DNA of 41,420 bases, taken from contig BOLA01000002.1 in assembly GCA_016861265.1 (NCBI GenBank), positions 1-41,420 on the forward strand, given 5' to 3'. Source of the stretch: Patescibacteria group bacterium (GTDB lineage: Bacteria; Patescibacteriota; Dojkabacteria; J137). The notes beneath the pieces were generated by a model, which searched no databases, was not told the origin of the DNA, and was given only the letters and a program-made list of their open reading frames with translations. Every line of letters starts with the position of its first letter. Position 1 is the stretch's first letter. Below are positions 1 through 9,777 of this stretch, piece after piece. Made by a program: the position numbers and the translations under genes.

Positions 1-127
1 GCCGCTATTATTGCTGCATCCATTTCATTTTTCTTTTTTAATAAATTTAATACATTGATCATAGAACGTATACAATATCAACAAAGTGAAAATTTATCCC
101 TGGATTTTTTTCATATAATCCGGCGTT
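1..127. repeat. Terminal direct repeat, copy 1 (127 bp, identical to 41294-41420); probably an assembler k-mer overlap marking circularity
   Basis: gccgctattattgctgcatcc...catataatccggcgtt at 1-127 is repeated exactly at the contig end; 127 is a standard de Bruijn k-mer size. Confidence 0.95.
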
Positions 128-601
128 TGATATATGTTCAAACCTATATCCAAAATTAATATTTTTGATGAGTGAGGTTGTTAATGCAGCAGAACTCTTA
201 AAATTAAAAGTCCCCCCGAGGTCAAAATCATTAAATATATGATTCGTAATTAAACTAGGTTTAAGACCTATAGAAACGGAAACAATGTTTTCGTAATGAA
301 TCATTTTTAATGTTGGGCCTAATGAGAACAACACCGAATTATTTGTTTTATCACTTACTACACCGAGTGCCGTTTCGAAAGAAATATCTAATGGATTAAA
401 AATATTATCCGCTATTGAGTATATCGGTGGGAATGTATGTATATAGATTTCGTACACAGATAAATCCAATTTTTCTTTATGGTTATTATTAATTCCGGTT
501 CTTATACCAAATTGTACTTGCTGCGCAAAACTGCTGGATATCATTGTTATGCTCAAGAAATAAGTCATTATTACCGTAAGTATTTTTGTGTCTGTTTTCA
601 C
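59..601 (-). CDS. Outer-membrane acyloxyacyl hydrolase / PagL (lipid A 3-O-deacylase)-like beta-barrel protein
   Basis: Signal peptide; C-terminal RFEHISNAGLYEKNPGINF matches the PagL-family H-x-S-N-A-G...N-P-G catalytic motif. Confidence 0.7.
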   Translation of the reverse strand: MKTDTKILTVIMTYFLSITMISSSFAQQVQFGIRTGINNNHKEKLDLSVYEIYIHTFPPIYSIADNIFNPLDISFETALGVVSDKTNNSVLFSLGPTLKMIHYENIVSVSIGLKPSLITNHIFNDFDLGGTFNFKSSAALTTSLIKNINFGYRFEHISNAGLYEKNPGINFHFVDIVYVL

Positions 602-623
602 TCTATTTTTAAATTATTTTGTC

Positions 624-1718
624 TCAAAAGGCTTCTTGTATAGTAAAATAAACATATGTCCCTTCACGTGATTGCGCGAGATCAAGCCGGACGTTTAAGT
701 GTTCGTCTCTATCCAACAAATATCTTAGACCAAGTCCTCCCGCAACCTTCAAATCATTGAAAGTGAATTTTTTAATCTCGGAGAACACTTGCCCTATACT
801 AAAAAATGCAGATGCCCCAATACGCCAGAACAATGGTCTTCTATATTCCACTTGAGATGCCCACAAATTTTTGTCTAAATATTTTCCCATCGGGTAACCT
901 CTCATCATTTGATGATTGCCTAATTTGGGCAGCATTTGAATCGGGACATCACCAGCAGTACCGTTATATATTGTATTAAAAGCAAGAACCTGTCCCTTTG
1001 CAACAGTTAAATAATGTCTTCCGTCAAAATCGAATCGGAAAAAGTTGACGTCTCCACCAAAAATTTTCTGATAAGCCAAAATTTTCAAATCTCCATAAGT
1101 TCCTTCAGTCGGGAAAAACAAGCTATCTCTATAATCAATAACAAATTCTACTCCTGCCCCAGATGTTGTTACGCCTAAGGCACCAAGTAAATTTCCAGTT
1201 TCTATTATTCCACCTGGTTCATAATCCGCGATTGAAAATTTTTCAAACCAGTAATATGGTCCAATAAAGAAATGTTTCGCTACAGCGGAAATAAAATCAA
1301 CCTTCACTCTATACTGATCGTATGTTACATCTTCTTTAACTTTAGTTGTTGGATCAGGTCCTATACCCCAAAATTCATCCGGGGTTCGGAAGTAGGAAAT
1401 GTCCAGGTCGAACCTGTAATCATTATCACCAAAATATCTGTTTACACGAATGCTACCCTGTACCTGTTTTTTTGTAGAGTATGTACCAAAGCCACCAATA
1501 ATATCTGGAAACCTGTTTGAATTTCCTGGGTCCGGGTTATTGTAATAGAGAAATGCTGCGCCAAAAGCATATCCGGTATTTGGCAAATAAAAAAGAACAG
1601 GAACTGGATAGAAACCATCCCTGCTTACTTTAACATTTTCATCAAGTGATTGCGAATATATTATTCCCAGCCCGAATAAGAAAAAAGCAAATATTTTTAA
1701 TAAAAATTTTGTTGCCAT
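624..1718 (-). CDS. Omp85 (BamA/TamA-family) barrel-only outer-membrane protein
   Basis: Signal peptide; MMRGY motif (YRGF-like loop 6), GGLGLRY, LNVRLDLA, C-terminal ...IQEAF; 364 aa leaves no room for POTRA repeats. Confidence 0.75.
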   Translation of the reverse strand: MATKFLLKIFAFFLFGLGIIYSQSLDENVKVSRDGFYPVPVLFYLPNTGYAFGAAFLYYNNPDPGNSNRFPDIIGGFGTYSTKKQVQGSIRVNRYFGDNDYRFDLDISYFRTPDEFWGIGPDPTTKVKEDVTYDQYRVKVDFISAVAKHFFIGPYYWFEKFSIADYEPGGIIETGNLLGALGVTTSGAGVEFVIDYRDSLFFPTEGTYGDLKILAYQKIFGGDVNFFRFDFDGRHYLTVAKGQVLAFNTIYNGTAGDVPIQMLPKLGNHQMMRGYPMGKYLDKNLWASQVEYRRPLFWRIGASAFFSIGQVFSEIKKFTFNDLKVAGGLGLRYLLDRDEHLNVRLDLAQSREGTYVYFTIQEAF

Positions 1719-1769
1719 AAGATTTAATAATTCTTTTTTATTTGACTAACCATTTAGACTTCCGCCAAA

Positions 1770-2189
1770 TTACTTTCCAAAAATTTCTTTTTTCTCTAAT
1801 GATTTTAATCCAGGTTTTTCAATATTCTTAAACTTGTTTTTTTGCTGATCGTTCAGTTGATCTTCAATTTCTTCAATTAAGTCTTCAATATCCCCTTTTC
1901 TGCTATCACGCCCCCTTTTAACTCCAATTTTTTCAAAGAAACCCGGTTCATCTCCATTATTAACTCTTTCCTTTATCTCAGCAATTATATTTCTATCCTC
2001 ATCGAGGATCCATTTTATCTGCTCAATCATTGGATTAATTTTTGAAATTTGCTGCGAGCTAAGCGATAAATAATCGTTTACTTTTTCTGTGTCCAATAGT
2101 GATATCTGACTTTGTGCAGAAATTGGGATTAAGAGAATTAAGCCAAATATGACTGCAATGATTTTACTTTTCATACAATATTCTTTCAT
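1770..2189 (-). CDS. Hypothetical exported helical protein
   Basis: 139-aa ORF with signal peptide-like N-terminus; overlaps the stop of the upstream gene. Confidence 0.6.
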   Translation of the reverse strand: MKEYCMKSKIIAVIFGLILLIPISAQSQISLLDTEKVNDYLSLSSQQISKINPMIEQIKWILDEDRNIIAEIKERVNNGDEPGFFEKIGVKRGRDSRKGDIEDLIEEIEDQLNDQQKNKFKNIEKPGLKSLEKKEIFGK

Positions 2190-2596
2190 TTGTTTGTTGT
2201 TATCGGCTCATTATTTATTTCACTTGATTTATTTGTTTTCCACGTAACTAATGTAATTGCTAGCCAGGCTGCAGATCGTATAGTCATAGCTTGTACGCTA
2301 TGCATAGATACTGGACCATCTGAAATAAAAATTACTGCTACAATAATCAGCACTGTTAAATGTAAGACTGTTACAATTGATGTGAGCATTAGTGCCTTTT
2401 TATGGTTAATCCAAATCAACACACCTATAAACAACCCAACGATAGCCATAGCAACGTTATAAACAATCAGCGGAGTAAACACAATATAATCATGTTGGGT
2501 TAGTCCAAGTAAAACCTGTGAGCCTTCAACAATTGTTAGTAGGCTAAAAAGTACAGCAACAGTTGCTGCTATTTTAATAAAAATTGTTTTGTTCAT
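2186..2596 (-). CDS. Hypothetical integral membrane protein (about 4 TM helices)
   Basis: Four hydrophobic segments; in operon context. Confidence 0.65.
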   Translation of the reverse strand: MNKTIFIKIAATVAVLFSLLTIVEGSQVLLGLTQHDYIVFTPLIVYNVAMAIVGLFIGVLIWINHKKALMLTSIVTVLHLTVLIIVAVIFISDGPVSMHSVQAMTIRSAAWLAITLVTWKTNKSSEINNEPITTNK

Positions 2597-2615
2597 TTAA
2601 GAGTCCCTTTTTGTT

Positions 2616-4022
2616 TTAAATTTTCTGTGAAATAAATAATCTAATAGCAGTATTAGAATTATGAGAATCTGGAAAATTTTTATAATTACCATATCGCTCA
2701 TACAATAAAAAATTCAAGCCAAGTTCAGTTTTGTTGTAAACATCAAAACTAATTCCTGTATTCAACAACCCAACAAATTCCTCGCTCTGAGCGCCGCTAA
2801 GTGTATGAATCCAATAACGTTTATAATTTGCAAATAAATTTCCATAATCATTTAAGGAAAATTTAATTCCTATTTTTCCACTGGCACCTGGACCAATATT
2901 ATAATCTTTCCCAAATTCGCTGGCATATTGAGAATTGGTCGCACCCATTAGGATTGCCGAAACGCCAATATGATTTATCATGGATAATTTTGAAGATAGG
3001 GGAATTGTATTTATCATTTGCCCTGTAACACTTGTAGCAGAGAGCTTATAAATTGTATTAATAAGAATATCTACTTCTTTATAGATACCAAGTATATTTT
3101 TTGAATTGTCAAAAAGTTTAATGTGATTATCCCAAAGCACACCACTTGCAAAAACCCCGACGATATTATCCCCTGGACCAACATTAACATCTGTGTGTAA
3201 TGTAAAAAAATCAAATGGTTTTTTGTGAGTTGAAATGGCAAATTGATTTCCGTAATTCAAATCTATACCTAGATGCACATAAGATCTGCTGTCATTAAAT
3301 TTATTATCAAAAAAAACATTATGACCACCAAAAGAAATTATAATCCCGAAATCCTGCTCCTTCGGAGAGTTACCTTTTCTCCACATTTCACCTCTGATCA
3401 TTCTATTTAATCCTTGCATAGGATCAATAAGAGTTGATGAAAACTCACGCACTACTCTTTCTAATCCTGTTGAACTTTCATCAATAATAAGGTTTGATAC
3501 CCGAAAAGAAATTTCACCTAAGATAATACCAGTAACTGGTGTGTTCACAATATCATTATAGGATGGTCGTTCGTTTTCAAAAAAATATTCCCATGTTAAA
3601 CTTCCCAAGAAAGCATATGGTGCAGATTCCCAAAATTCCAACCCGTTAGACCTTGCTGCATTAAAATAATTAGATCCATGATACGGATGCCAGAATTGAT
3701 TTGTAAGATATCCATCATAATCCCAGACGAAACCATATTTTAAATTATTTTTTATCGTTTCCCAACTTATATTAGACCAATTCTCACCACTTAAATATCT
3801 GTGATAGCCCCAGACACCAAAGTTTAAACCAATAATTTCAACCGCAGGAAGCCAATAATTTTTTTCAACATCAGAATTATGCATAAATGTTGAATCATTT
3901 CTAGCTATCAATTGATTATTTGATAAACCAGATGGAAGAAAATCCCTATCATTAGGTTGCGCAAATAAGGATGAACCTAATAAAATAACCGCAAAAAATA
4001 TTTTGTGTAAATCAATATTCAT
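2616..4022 (-). CDS. DUF3943-like outer-membrane protein
   Basis: Signal peptide; WDYDGYLTNQFWHPYHGSNYFNAARSNG and WEYFFENERPSYNDIVNTP motifs typical of DUF3943; beta-strand-rich C-terminus. Confidence 0.7.
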   Translation of the reverse strand: MNIDLHKIFFAVILLGSSLFAQPNDRDFLPSGLSNNQLIARNDSTFMHNSDVEKNYWLPAVEIIGLNFGVWGYHRYLSGENWSNISWETIKNNLKYGFVWDYDGYLTNQFWHPYHGSNYFNAARSNGLEFWESAPYAFLGSLTWEYFFENERPSYNDIVNTPVTGIILGEISFRVSNLIIDESSTGLERVVREFSSTLIDPMQGLNRMIRGEMWRKGNSPKEQDFGIIISFGGHNVFFDNKFNDSRSYVHLGIDLNYGNQFAISTHKKPFDFFTLHTDVNVGPGDNIVGVFASGVLWDNHIKLFDNSKNILGIYKEVDILINTIYKLSATSVTGQMINTIPLSSKLSMINHIGVSAILMGATNSQYASEFGKDYNIGPGASGKIGIKFSLNDYGNLFANYKRYWIHTLSGAQSEEFVGLLNTGISFDVYNKTELGLNFLLYERYGNYKNFPDSHNSNTAIRLFISQKI

Positions 4023-4054
4023 TCTTCTTCTTTTTTATTAATATTAGATAATAC

Positions 4055-4079
4055 AGCCGGCTGCACGACGCAACCGGCT
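4055..4079. terminator. GC-rich hairpin between the OMP gene and the DUF3943 gene (terminator or mRNA-stabilising stem)
   Basis: agccggctgc-acgac-gcaaccggct stem-loop; the U-tract on the minus strand is weak. Confidence 0.35.
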
Positions 4080-4103
4080 TTTGCCAAAAGAATCTTTAGC
4101 AAA

Positions 4104-4646
4104 TTAAAAATAGAATCTTGCTGTTAACTCCGTTTTCGTATTCATTAACACATCGGTTTCTTCTTTTGGAATATCTCGGGAAAGTTGAAAATCAAAACCG
4201 AGATTTTGTTTAATACCAACGCTGAATTTTTCGAATAAGAAATAATCAGCACCAAATATTAAACCAAATTTCAAGCTGTTCTTAGGATCCGGTTCTACAG
4301 TATAAGAACCAGCATTCTGGTTTATACCATACATTGCCTGCAAGCCAAGATATGGTGATACCTTATCAACATTAAAGTGATATGAACCGGCTAAACCAAA
4401 TCTTAAATTGTAACCATCAACTTTTGTTTCGCCTAATGGTGCATCTTCGCCTAGAAATTTAAGGTCAGCTCCAACGATAAAATCCATTGAGAAATTATCT
4501 GAAGCATAATATTTGAACATCAAATTTGGTGAAGAAGATATGTTATCTAAACCGACACCAAATTTCCCTGCTCTGCTCGATTGAGCGAAAAGACTTGTGC
4601 CTGTTAATAACAGAGCAACAGCTACTATCAATGATTTTGCTTTCAT
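4104..4646 (-). CDS. Small outer-membrane beta-barrel protein (OmpA-like 8-stranded barrel family)
   Basis: Signal peptide ending AQS; alternating amphipathic strands; C-terminal RFYF. Confidence 0.7.
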   Translation of the reverse strand: MKAKSLIVAVALLLTGTSLFAQSSRAGKFGVGLDNISSSPNLMFKYYASDNFSMDFIVGADLKFLGEDAPLGETKVDGYNLRFGLAGSYHFNVDKVSPYLGLQAMYGINQNAGSYTVEPDPKNSLKFGLIFGADYFLFEKFSVGIKQNLGFDFQLSRDIPKEETDVLMNTKTELTARFYF

Positions 4647-4726
4647 TGTTGTACTCCTTTTATTTTTTGTTATGTTTATATGGAAATTCAGACAGCCGCG
4701 TTTCGGACAGTCCGAGTTTTGTATAT

Positions 4727-5170
4727 TTATTTATTGTTTTTACTATCATTTAAAAACCTTATAAGTACAATAGACACAGATGGTTTTCCAATTATATCGT
4801 GGTCGACTAAGGATTCAAGTGTTACTAAAGTACCTGGTATAAGTTTAAGCGTATCGGTTTTTTCTTCATTCTTAATTTGTAATTCACCTTCACCTGCAAT
4901 ACATTGAATTGTTATTGGCTCAGCTACACTATGCCATCTAAGATTTGTTCCATTACGTAATGTCAATTGTGCAATCTTTCTTCTTTCACCCTCAAACAAA
5001 AGATTAACTTCCTTTTCTTTTCCATCACCGATTTTATCTTGTATTTTAATTTCTGTGTATGCTCCATTTGTTTGAGCCACCATTTCGGTCGGATTAAAAA
5101 ACATTACAGTTAAAAAACTTAGTAGAAGGATGAAAAGCACTTTTCTATTTTTTAATATCACGTAATTCAT
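4727..5170 (-). CDS. Exported protein with a cupin-like fold
   Basis: Signal peptide; WHSVAEPITIQCIAGEGEL...LIPGTLVTLESLVDHDI resembles the two cupin motifs. Confidence 0.55.
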   Translation of the reverse strand: MNYVILKNRKVLFILLLSFLTVMFFNPTEMVAQTNGAYTEIKIQDKIGDGKEKEVNLLFEGERRKIAQLTLRNGTNLRWHSVAEPITIQCIAGEGELQIKNEEKTDTLKLIPGTLVTLESLVDHDIIGKPSVSIVLIRFLNDSKNNK

Positions 5171-5195
5171 TTTATTTATCCTTTCATTTAAACTA

Positions 5196-6326
5196 TTATT
5201 CTATTTTTTTACTGAATCTCAAAGAACTCATAATTAAAAGAGCCGCTCCCATTCCGAATAAAATTAAAGTTTCCACCCATAATGATGAAAACCCAATTCC
5301 CTTTAGAACAATTCCGCGAAGGATTGTAATAAAGTATCGGAGTGGAATTAGATAAGTAATATATTGAACAACTTGAGGCATATTTTCAATCGGGAAAGCG
5401 AAACCGGAGAGATAAATCATAGGCATCATCAGAGCAAATACCGATGCCATCATTGCTTGCTGTTGCGTTTTGGAAACTGTCGATACAAACAAACCAAGTC
5501 CCAGATTTGAAAGCACAAACAGCAACGCGGTAAATAATAAGTAAAACTTATTTCCTTTTACTTCAATTCCAAACCATTGAGTCATAATAATCATAACAAT
5601 CACCAGCACTACAAATCCAATAAGTGTAAAGGGAATTAATTTACCAATTAGTAACTGGTATTTTTTTATTGGGGTTACTATTAGCTGTTCAAGTGTACCT
5701 ATCTCCCTTTCCCGCACTATTGCCATCGACATTAGGGAAAGAGTTGTAATCATAAGAATTAGTCCCATAATTCCAGGTACCATATAATTCCTGGTTTTCA
5801 TTTCAGGATTGTACCACACCCTAACTTCAGGGACCAGGGAGCCAGCAACAGGAATTATTATTCCATATTTATCTTTTGTTTCTAGTATAACTTTTTGAGA
5901 AAAACGATTTGTAATTCCCTGAATATAGCCGAGTGAAATCGAAGCCGTATTTCCATCAGAACCTTCGAACAACGTTTGAACTGAGACAGTTTCACGTCTG
6001 TTTATTTTTTTTTCGAAGTCCTTTGGAATCATGATTCCAACAAGAGTTTTTCCATCGTTTATTAATTCTGTTACCTCTTTATAACTGGATGTATAATAAT
6101 CTATTGAAAAGTAACCGGACTCCTCTAAGTTTCTGATGTACTCTCTGCTTGTAACAGTTTTATCCTGATCGAAAATCGTTGTATGCACTATATCAACATC
6201 CATATTTGCTCCGTATCCAAGAAGAATTAGCTGGAGAATAGGAGCCATAAAAACTACAGCAAGCATTTTCTTATCTCGTTTGAACTGAAGAAGTTCTTTT
6301 ATTATGAATTGAATTATTGTTTTCAT
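5196..6326 (-). CDS. ABC-2 type transporter permease (YbhR-like)
   Basis: AIVREREIGTLEQLIVTP, LSGFAFPIENMP, PLRYF motifs. Confidence 0.92.
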   Translation of the reverse strand: MKTIIQFIIKELLQFKRDKKMLAVVFMAPILQLILLGYGANMDVDIVHTTIFDQDKTVTSREYIRNLEESGYFSIDYYTSSYKEVTELINDGKTLVGIMIPKDFEKKINRRETVSVQTLFEGSDGNTASISLGYIQGITNRFSQKVILETKDKYGIIIPVAGSLVPEVRVWYNPEMKTRNYMVPGIMGLILMITTLSLMSMAIVREREIGTLEQLIVTPIKKYQLLIGKLIPFTLIGFVVLVIVMIIMTQWFGIEVKGNKFYLLFTALLFVLSNLGLGLFVSTVSKTQQQAMMASVFALMMPMIYLSGFAFPIENMPQVVQYITYLIPLRYFITILRGIVLKGIGFSSLWVETLILFGMGAALLIMSSLRFSKKIE

Positions 6327-6365
6327 TTGTACAATCTCATTTCTTTATTTTGATTCAAGACTTTG

Positions 6366-7496
6366 CTAGGCAGCTTTTGCTTTCCTATCTACTATTGTTG
6401 CTAAGGTGATAAATACTATTCCGAAAATCAGCAGATAAATTAATTGGTCCCAAAAAGCAGATAGCCCCGCACCTCTTAGTAAAATTGCTCTTAGTATTAC
6501 TATGTAAAACTTTGCCGGAGTTATGTTTGTAACCCATTGAATAACAGTAGGCATACTTTCTATCGGGAAAATAAATCCGGAAAGTATCAGCGAAGGTAGT
6601 AATGAAGAAACATTTGCAGCCTGGAAAGCTACTTGCTGTGAATCAGCAATTGTAGAAATAAATATACCCAAGCCAATTGCAGCAAATAAAAATGTTAACG
6701 TTCCCAAAAGAAGAAGTAAAAGATCACCTTTTATTGCAATGCCGAATAGTACATAGCCTGCAATCAAAACAATTGTAGCGTTAATTAAAGAAATAACTAT
6801 GTATGGAAGTATCTTGCCAATAATCAACTCAATAGAGGTAAGCGGAGATACATTTAGTTGCTCAATTGTTCCTCTTTCTTTTTCTCTCACTATCGAAAGG
6901 GAAACTGAGATTACTGCTGTAATTATTAATATCATTCCCATCAAACCAGGGATTAAGAAAAACACTGATACCAATTCCGGATTGAACCAGAACCGTGGTT
7001 CAAGATTAATAGGCACATACATTTTCTTTCCGGTAACAGCCAAATATTCTTTAGTCAACTTTAATGAGTAATTGAAAGTAGCTGCATTCGAATAATTTAC
7101 AATTACAGTTGCCGTATTACCGTCAACACCATCCACTAAATACTGTACTTTTACTTCTTCGTTATTATTAAGTCTTCGGGAAAGATCATTGGGAAAAACT
7201 ATTACTGCCTGAACAATTTTTTCATCAAGAAGGGTTTTAATTTCATTGTCATCGCCTACGTATTTAACTAGATCAAAATATTCTGAACTTATTAAACCAT
7301 CGACATATTCCCTTGTATAATCGGATTTATCCTGATCGTAAACGGCAATTTTAATATGCTTAACATCAAAGTTTATTGCATAACCAAAAATTGCAAGAAG
7401 CACCACTGGGAAAAAGAATACAATAAAGAGCATTCTTGTGTCGCGTTTTAGCTGGCGATATTCTTTCTTTGCTATTGCTAGTATTCTATGAAACAT
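6366..7496 (-). CDS. ABC-2 type transporter permease (YbhS-like)
   Basis: SIVREKERGTIEQLNVSP, LSGFIFPIESMP motifs. Confidence 0.92.
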   Translation of the reverse strand: MFHRILAIAKKEYRQLKRDTRMLFIVFFFPVVLLAIFGYAINFDVKHIKIAVYDQDKSDYTREYVDGLISSEYFDLVKYVGDDNEIKTLLDEKIVQAVIVFPNDLSRRLNNNEEVKVQYLVDGVDGNTATVIVNYSNAATFNYSLKLTKEYLAVTGKKMYVPINLEPRFWFNPELVSVFFLIPGLMGMILIITAVISVSLSIVREKERGTIEQLNVSPLTSIELIIGKILPYIVISLINATIVLIAGYVLFGIAIKGDLLLLLLGTLTFLFAAIGLGIFISTIADSQQVAFQAANVSSLLPSLILSGFIFPIESMPTVIQWVTNITPAKFYIVILRAILLRGAGLSAFWDQLIYLLIFGIVFITLATIVDRKAKAA

Positions 7497-8427
7497 TTTG
7501 TTTATTATCCTTTTCTAATAGATGAATAAAAACATCTTCTAGTGTTGGTACGATCTTGTCAACTCTCTGAACAGCAATTAAATGTTTGCTTGTTAAAATT
7601 TCTCTGATATCTTTCTCACCCTTTGAGTTATCATTTAAAATTATATGTATGTAGTTGCCAAAAATTGAAGTTTCTCCAACCCAATCTTCCTTTTCTAATA
7701 TTTCCATACTTTCAACAACTTTATCGGATTCAATTTCTAAAATTGTATTCTTTATGTAATTTGTTTTAAGTTCCTTGGCATTTCCCTGAGCGATCAATCT
7801 TCCTGCATTTATCAAAATAATATCATTGCAAAATTCGGCTTCATCTAAGTAATGAGTTGTAACCAGCACAGTTGTTCCTGCTGCAGAAAGATCATTTATC
7901 AAATCCCAAAAATTTCTTCTGGAAACAGGGTCAACACCACTGGTTGGTTCATCTAAAAAAACTATTTTGGGTTCGTGTATTACTGCTGTGCCAAGTGCTA
8001 ACCTTTGTTTAATTCCACCTGGTAAAGAGCCAGTGAGAAGTTTTTCTTTTCCTTCAAGATTAGCCACTTTCAAAACCCATTTTTTCCGTTCCAAATATTT
8101 TTTGCCTGTTAATCCATAGACACCTGCAAAGAAACGAATATTTTCTTCAACCGTAAGATCGTTGTACAAGGAAAATTTTTGTGACATATATCCTATTTGC
8201 GTTTTAACTTTATCGGCTTCATTCATAATGCTATAATTACCTACCAAGGCATCACCAGAGCTTGGCTCAAGAATTCCAATAAGCATTCTGATCGTTGTTG
8301 ATTTTCCGGCACCATTTGCCCCCAGAAAACCAAATATTTCTCCTTGTTTTACATTGAAGGATATATCGTTAACAGCTTTAAAGTTTCCGAATACTTTTGA
8401 TAGATTTTTTACTTCAATTGTATTCAT
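7486..8427 (-). CDS. ABC transporter ATP-binding protein
   Basis: Walker A GANGAGKST, signature LPGGIKQ, Walker B VFLDEPT, H-loop TTH. Confidence 0.95.
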   Translation of the reverse strand: MNTIEVKNLSKVFGNFKAVNDISFNVKQGEIFGFLGANGAGKSTTIRMLIGILEPSSGDALVGNYSIMNEADKVKTQIGYMSQKFSLYNDLTVEENIRFFAGVYGLTGKKYLERKKWVLKVANLEGKEKLLTGSLPGGIKQRLALGTAVIHEPKIVFLDEPTSGVDPVSRRNFWDLINDLSAAGTTVLVTTHYLDEAEFCNDIILINAGRLIAQGNAKELKTNYIKNTILEIESDKVVESMEILEKEDWVGETSIFGNYIHIILNDNSKGEKDIREILTSKHLIAVQRVDKIVPTLEDVFIHLLEKDNKQNVS

Positions 8428-9743
8428 TAGTAAATATTTCTCCCTAATGATTTTTCTAATCTTGTTTTTGCTATTTTATAATCAACAAGAGCGGTTTTAA
8501 GATTTGTTGCACTTTGTAATTCAGAAACTTCTGCGTCTATTAGGTCAGTGCTTGTTGCTAACTGAGCGTTATATTTTTCTGATGTTATGCGGTAATTTTC
8601 TGATGCCTGTTCTAAACTTAATTTGCTTACCTCTACTTTTTCATTTGCTTTAACTACACTTAAATAACTTTGATAAACTTCAACTTCAATATTATCCACC
8701 GTTTTCTCCAGTATGGTTCTTGTTTGAACCTCTAACTCTTTTGCCTGAGTTGTTTGAGATGAAGTTAAACCCCAATTCCAAATATCCCAACTAAGAGTAA
8801 CGCCAACATCCCAGGTGTCATTCCACTCTCCAACCAAAGGCTGCACTCTTGTGTTTGGGTTACTGTAGTAATAATTACCAGTTAAATAAATACTTGGAAA
8901 CCATCCAGATTGCGCTGCTGTAATATTTTCGTTTGCGGCATGAAGTTTATATTGCAGTGATTTTAATTCATTTCTATTTGCTTTAGCTTCAGAAAGTAAT
9001 TCGTCAATGTTAGCGGTAAATGAATCGGTTTTAATATCTTCAGAAGAAATTTCTGTAACAGATTCTAACGGTAATCCTAATGATTTATTAAAAACCACAC
9101 TTGCAACATCCAAATTATTTTCCGCTTCAATTAAAAGTAATTTTGTGTTTGAGTATTGTACCTGTAGTTTTAAGTAATCGTTTTGAGTTGCAAGTCCGTT
9201 TTCTAAAAAGTTTTTTGTATCGTTAAGATGATTTTCAATTTGTTTAAGACTTTTTAGAAGTAACTCTCTTACTTCTTGTGCTTTATAATAATTCCAGAAT
9301 GCAGTATGGATATTGAAAGCTGCTTCGTTCTTATCCTTAGAGTATTCCAATTCTGTTGCATTATAATTATAACTTGCAGCTTTTTTGGATGAGAGTAATT
9401 TGAAGCCGGTAAATAATGGCTGCTGAAATGAAAGTTTTAAATTATAATTATCAAGCACTGGGTCGGATATTTTAATTGGCGTTGGTGAAAATGGAGTAAC
9501 TACTTCAAATGGCGGAACATTATCACTCAATCGCGTGTAGTTTGCCATAAATTTAAATTGCGGCAAAAACATTGAATTTATTTCCGATACCTTCGCATCA
9601 GAACTTATTACTTTCGATTGAGAAATCTTCAGATCTTTGCTGTTTTTAAGTCCATACTCTATACTTTCACTAAGTGTCAGTTTTTTGTTTTGTGGAAACA
9701 GTATTGAAGTCAGTATTATCGCTATAACTAATATTTTTTTCAT
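8427..9743 (-). CDS. TolC-family outer-membrane efflux protein
   Basis: Signal peptide; two OEP-type repeats, YNAQLATSTDLIDAE C-terminal motif; sits within an ABC/HlyD operon. Confidence 0.9.
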   Translation of the reverse strand: MKKILVIAIILTSILFPQNKKLTLSESIEYGLKNSKDLKISQSKVISSDAKVSEINSMFLPQFKFMANYTRLSDNVPPFEVVTPFSPTPIKISDPVLDNYNLKLSFQQPLFTGFKLLSSKKAASYNYNATELEYSKDKNEAAFNIHTAFWNYYKAQEVRELLLKSLKQIENHLNDTKNFLENGLATQNDYLKLQVQYSNTKLLLIEAENNLDVASVVFNKSLGLPLESVTEISSEDIKTDSFTANIDELLSEAKANRNELKSLQYKLHAANENITAAQSGWFPSIYLTGNYYYSNPNTRVQPLVGEWNDTWDVGVTLSWDIWNWGLTSSQTTQAKELEVQTRTILEKTVDNIEVEVYQSYLSVVKANEKVEVSKLSLEQASENYRITSEKYNAQLATSTDLIDAEVSELQSATNLKTALVDYKIAKTRLEKSLGRNIY

Positions 9744-9777
9744 TTTATAATCCTCTTATAATTTCTTTCTTTATTAA

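Noticed and set aside
1-127. Terminal repeat as a biological direct terminal repeat of a linear phage or as an att site
   Set aside because: The length equals a standard assembler k-mer (127), it lies inside two coupled genes, and there are no phage structural or integrase genes
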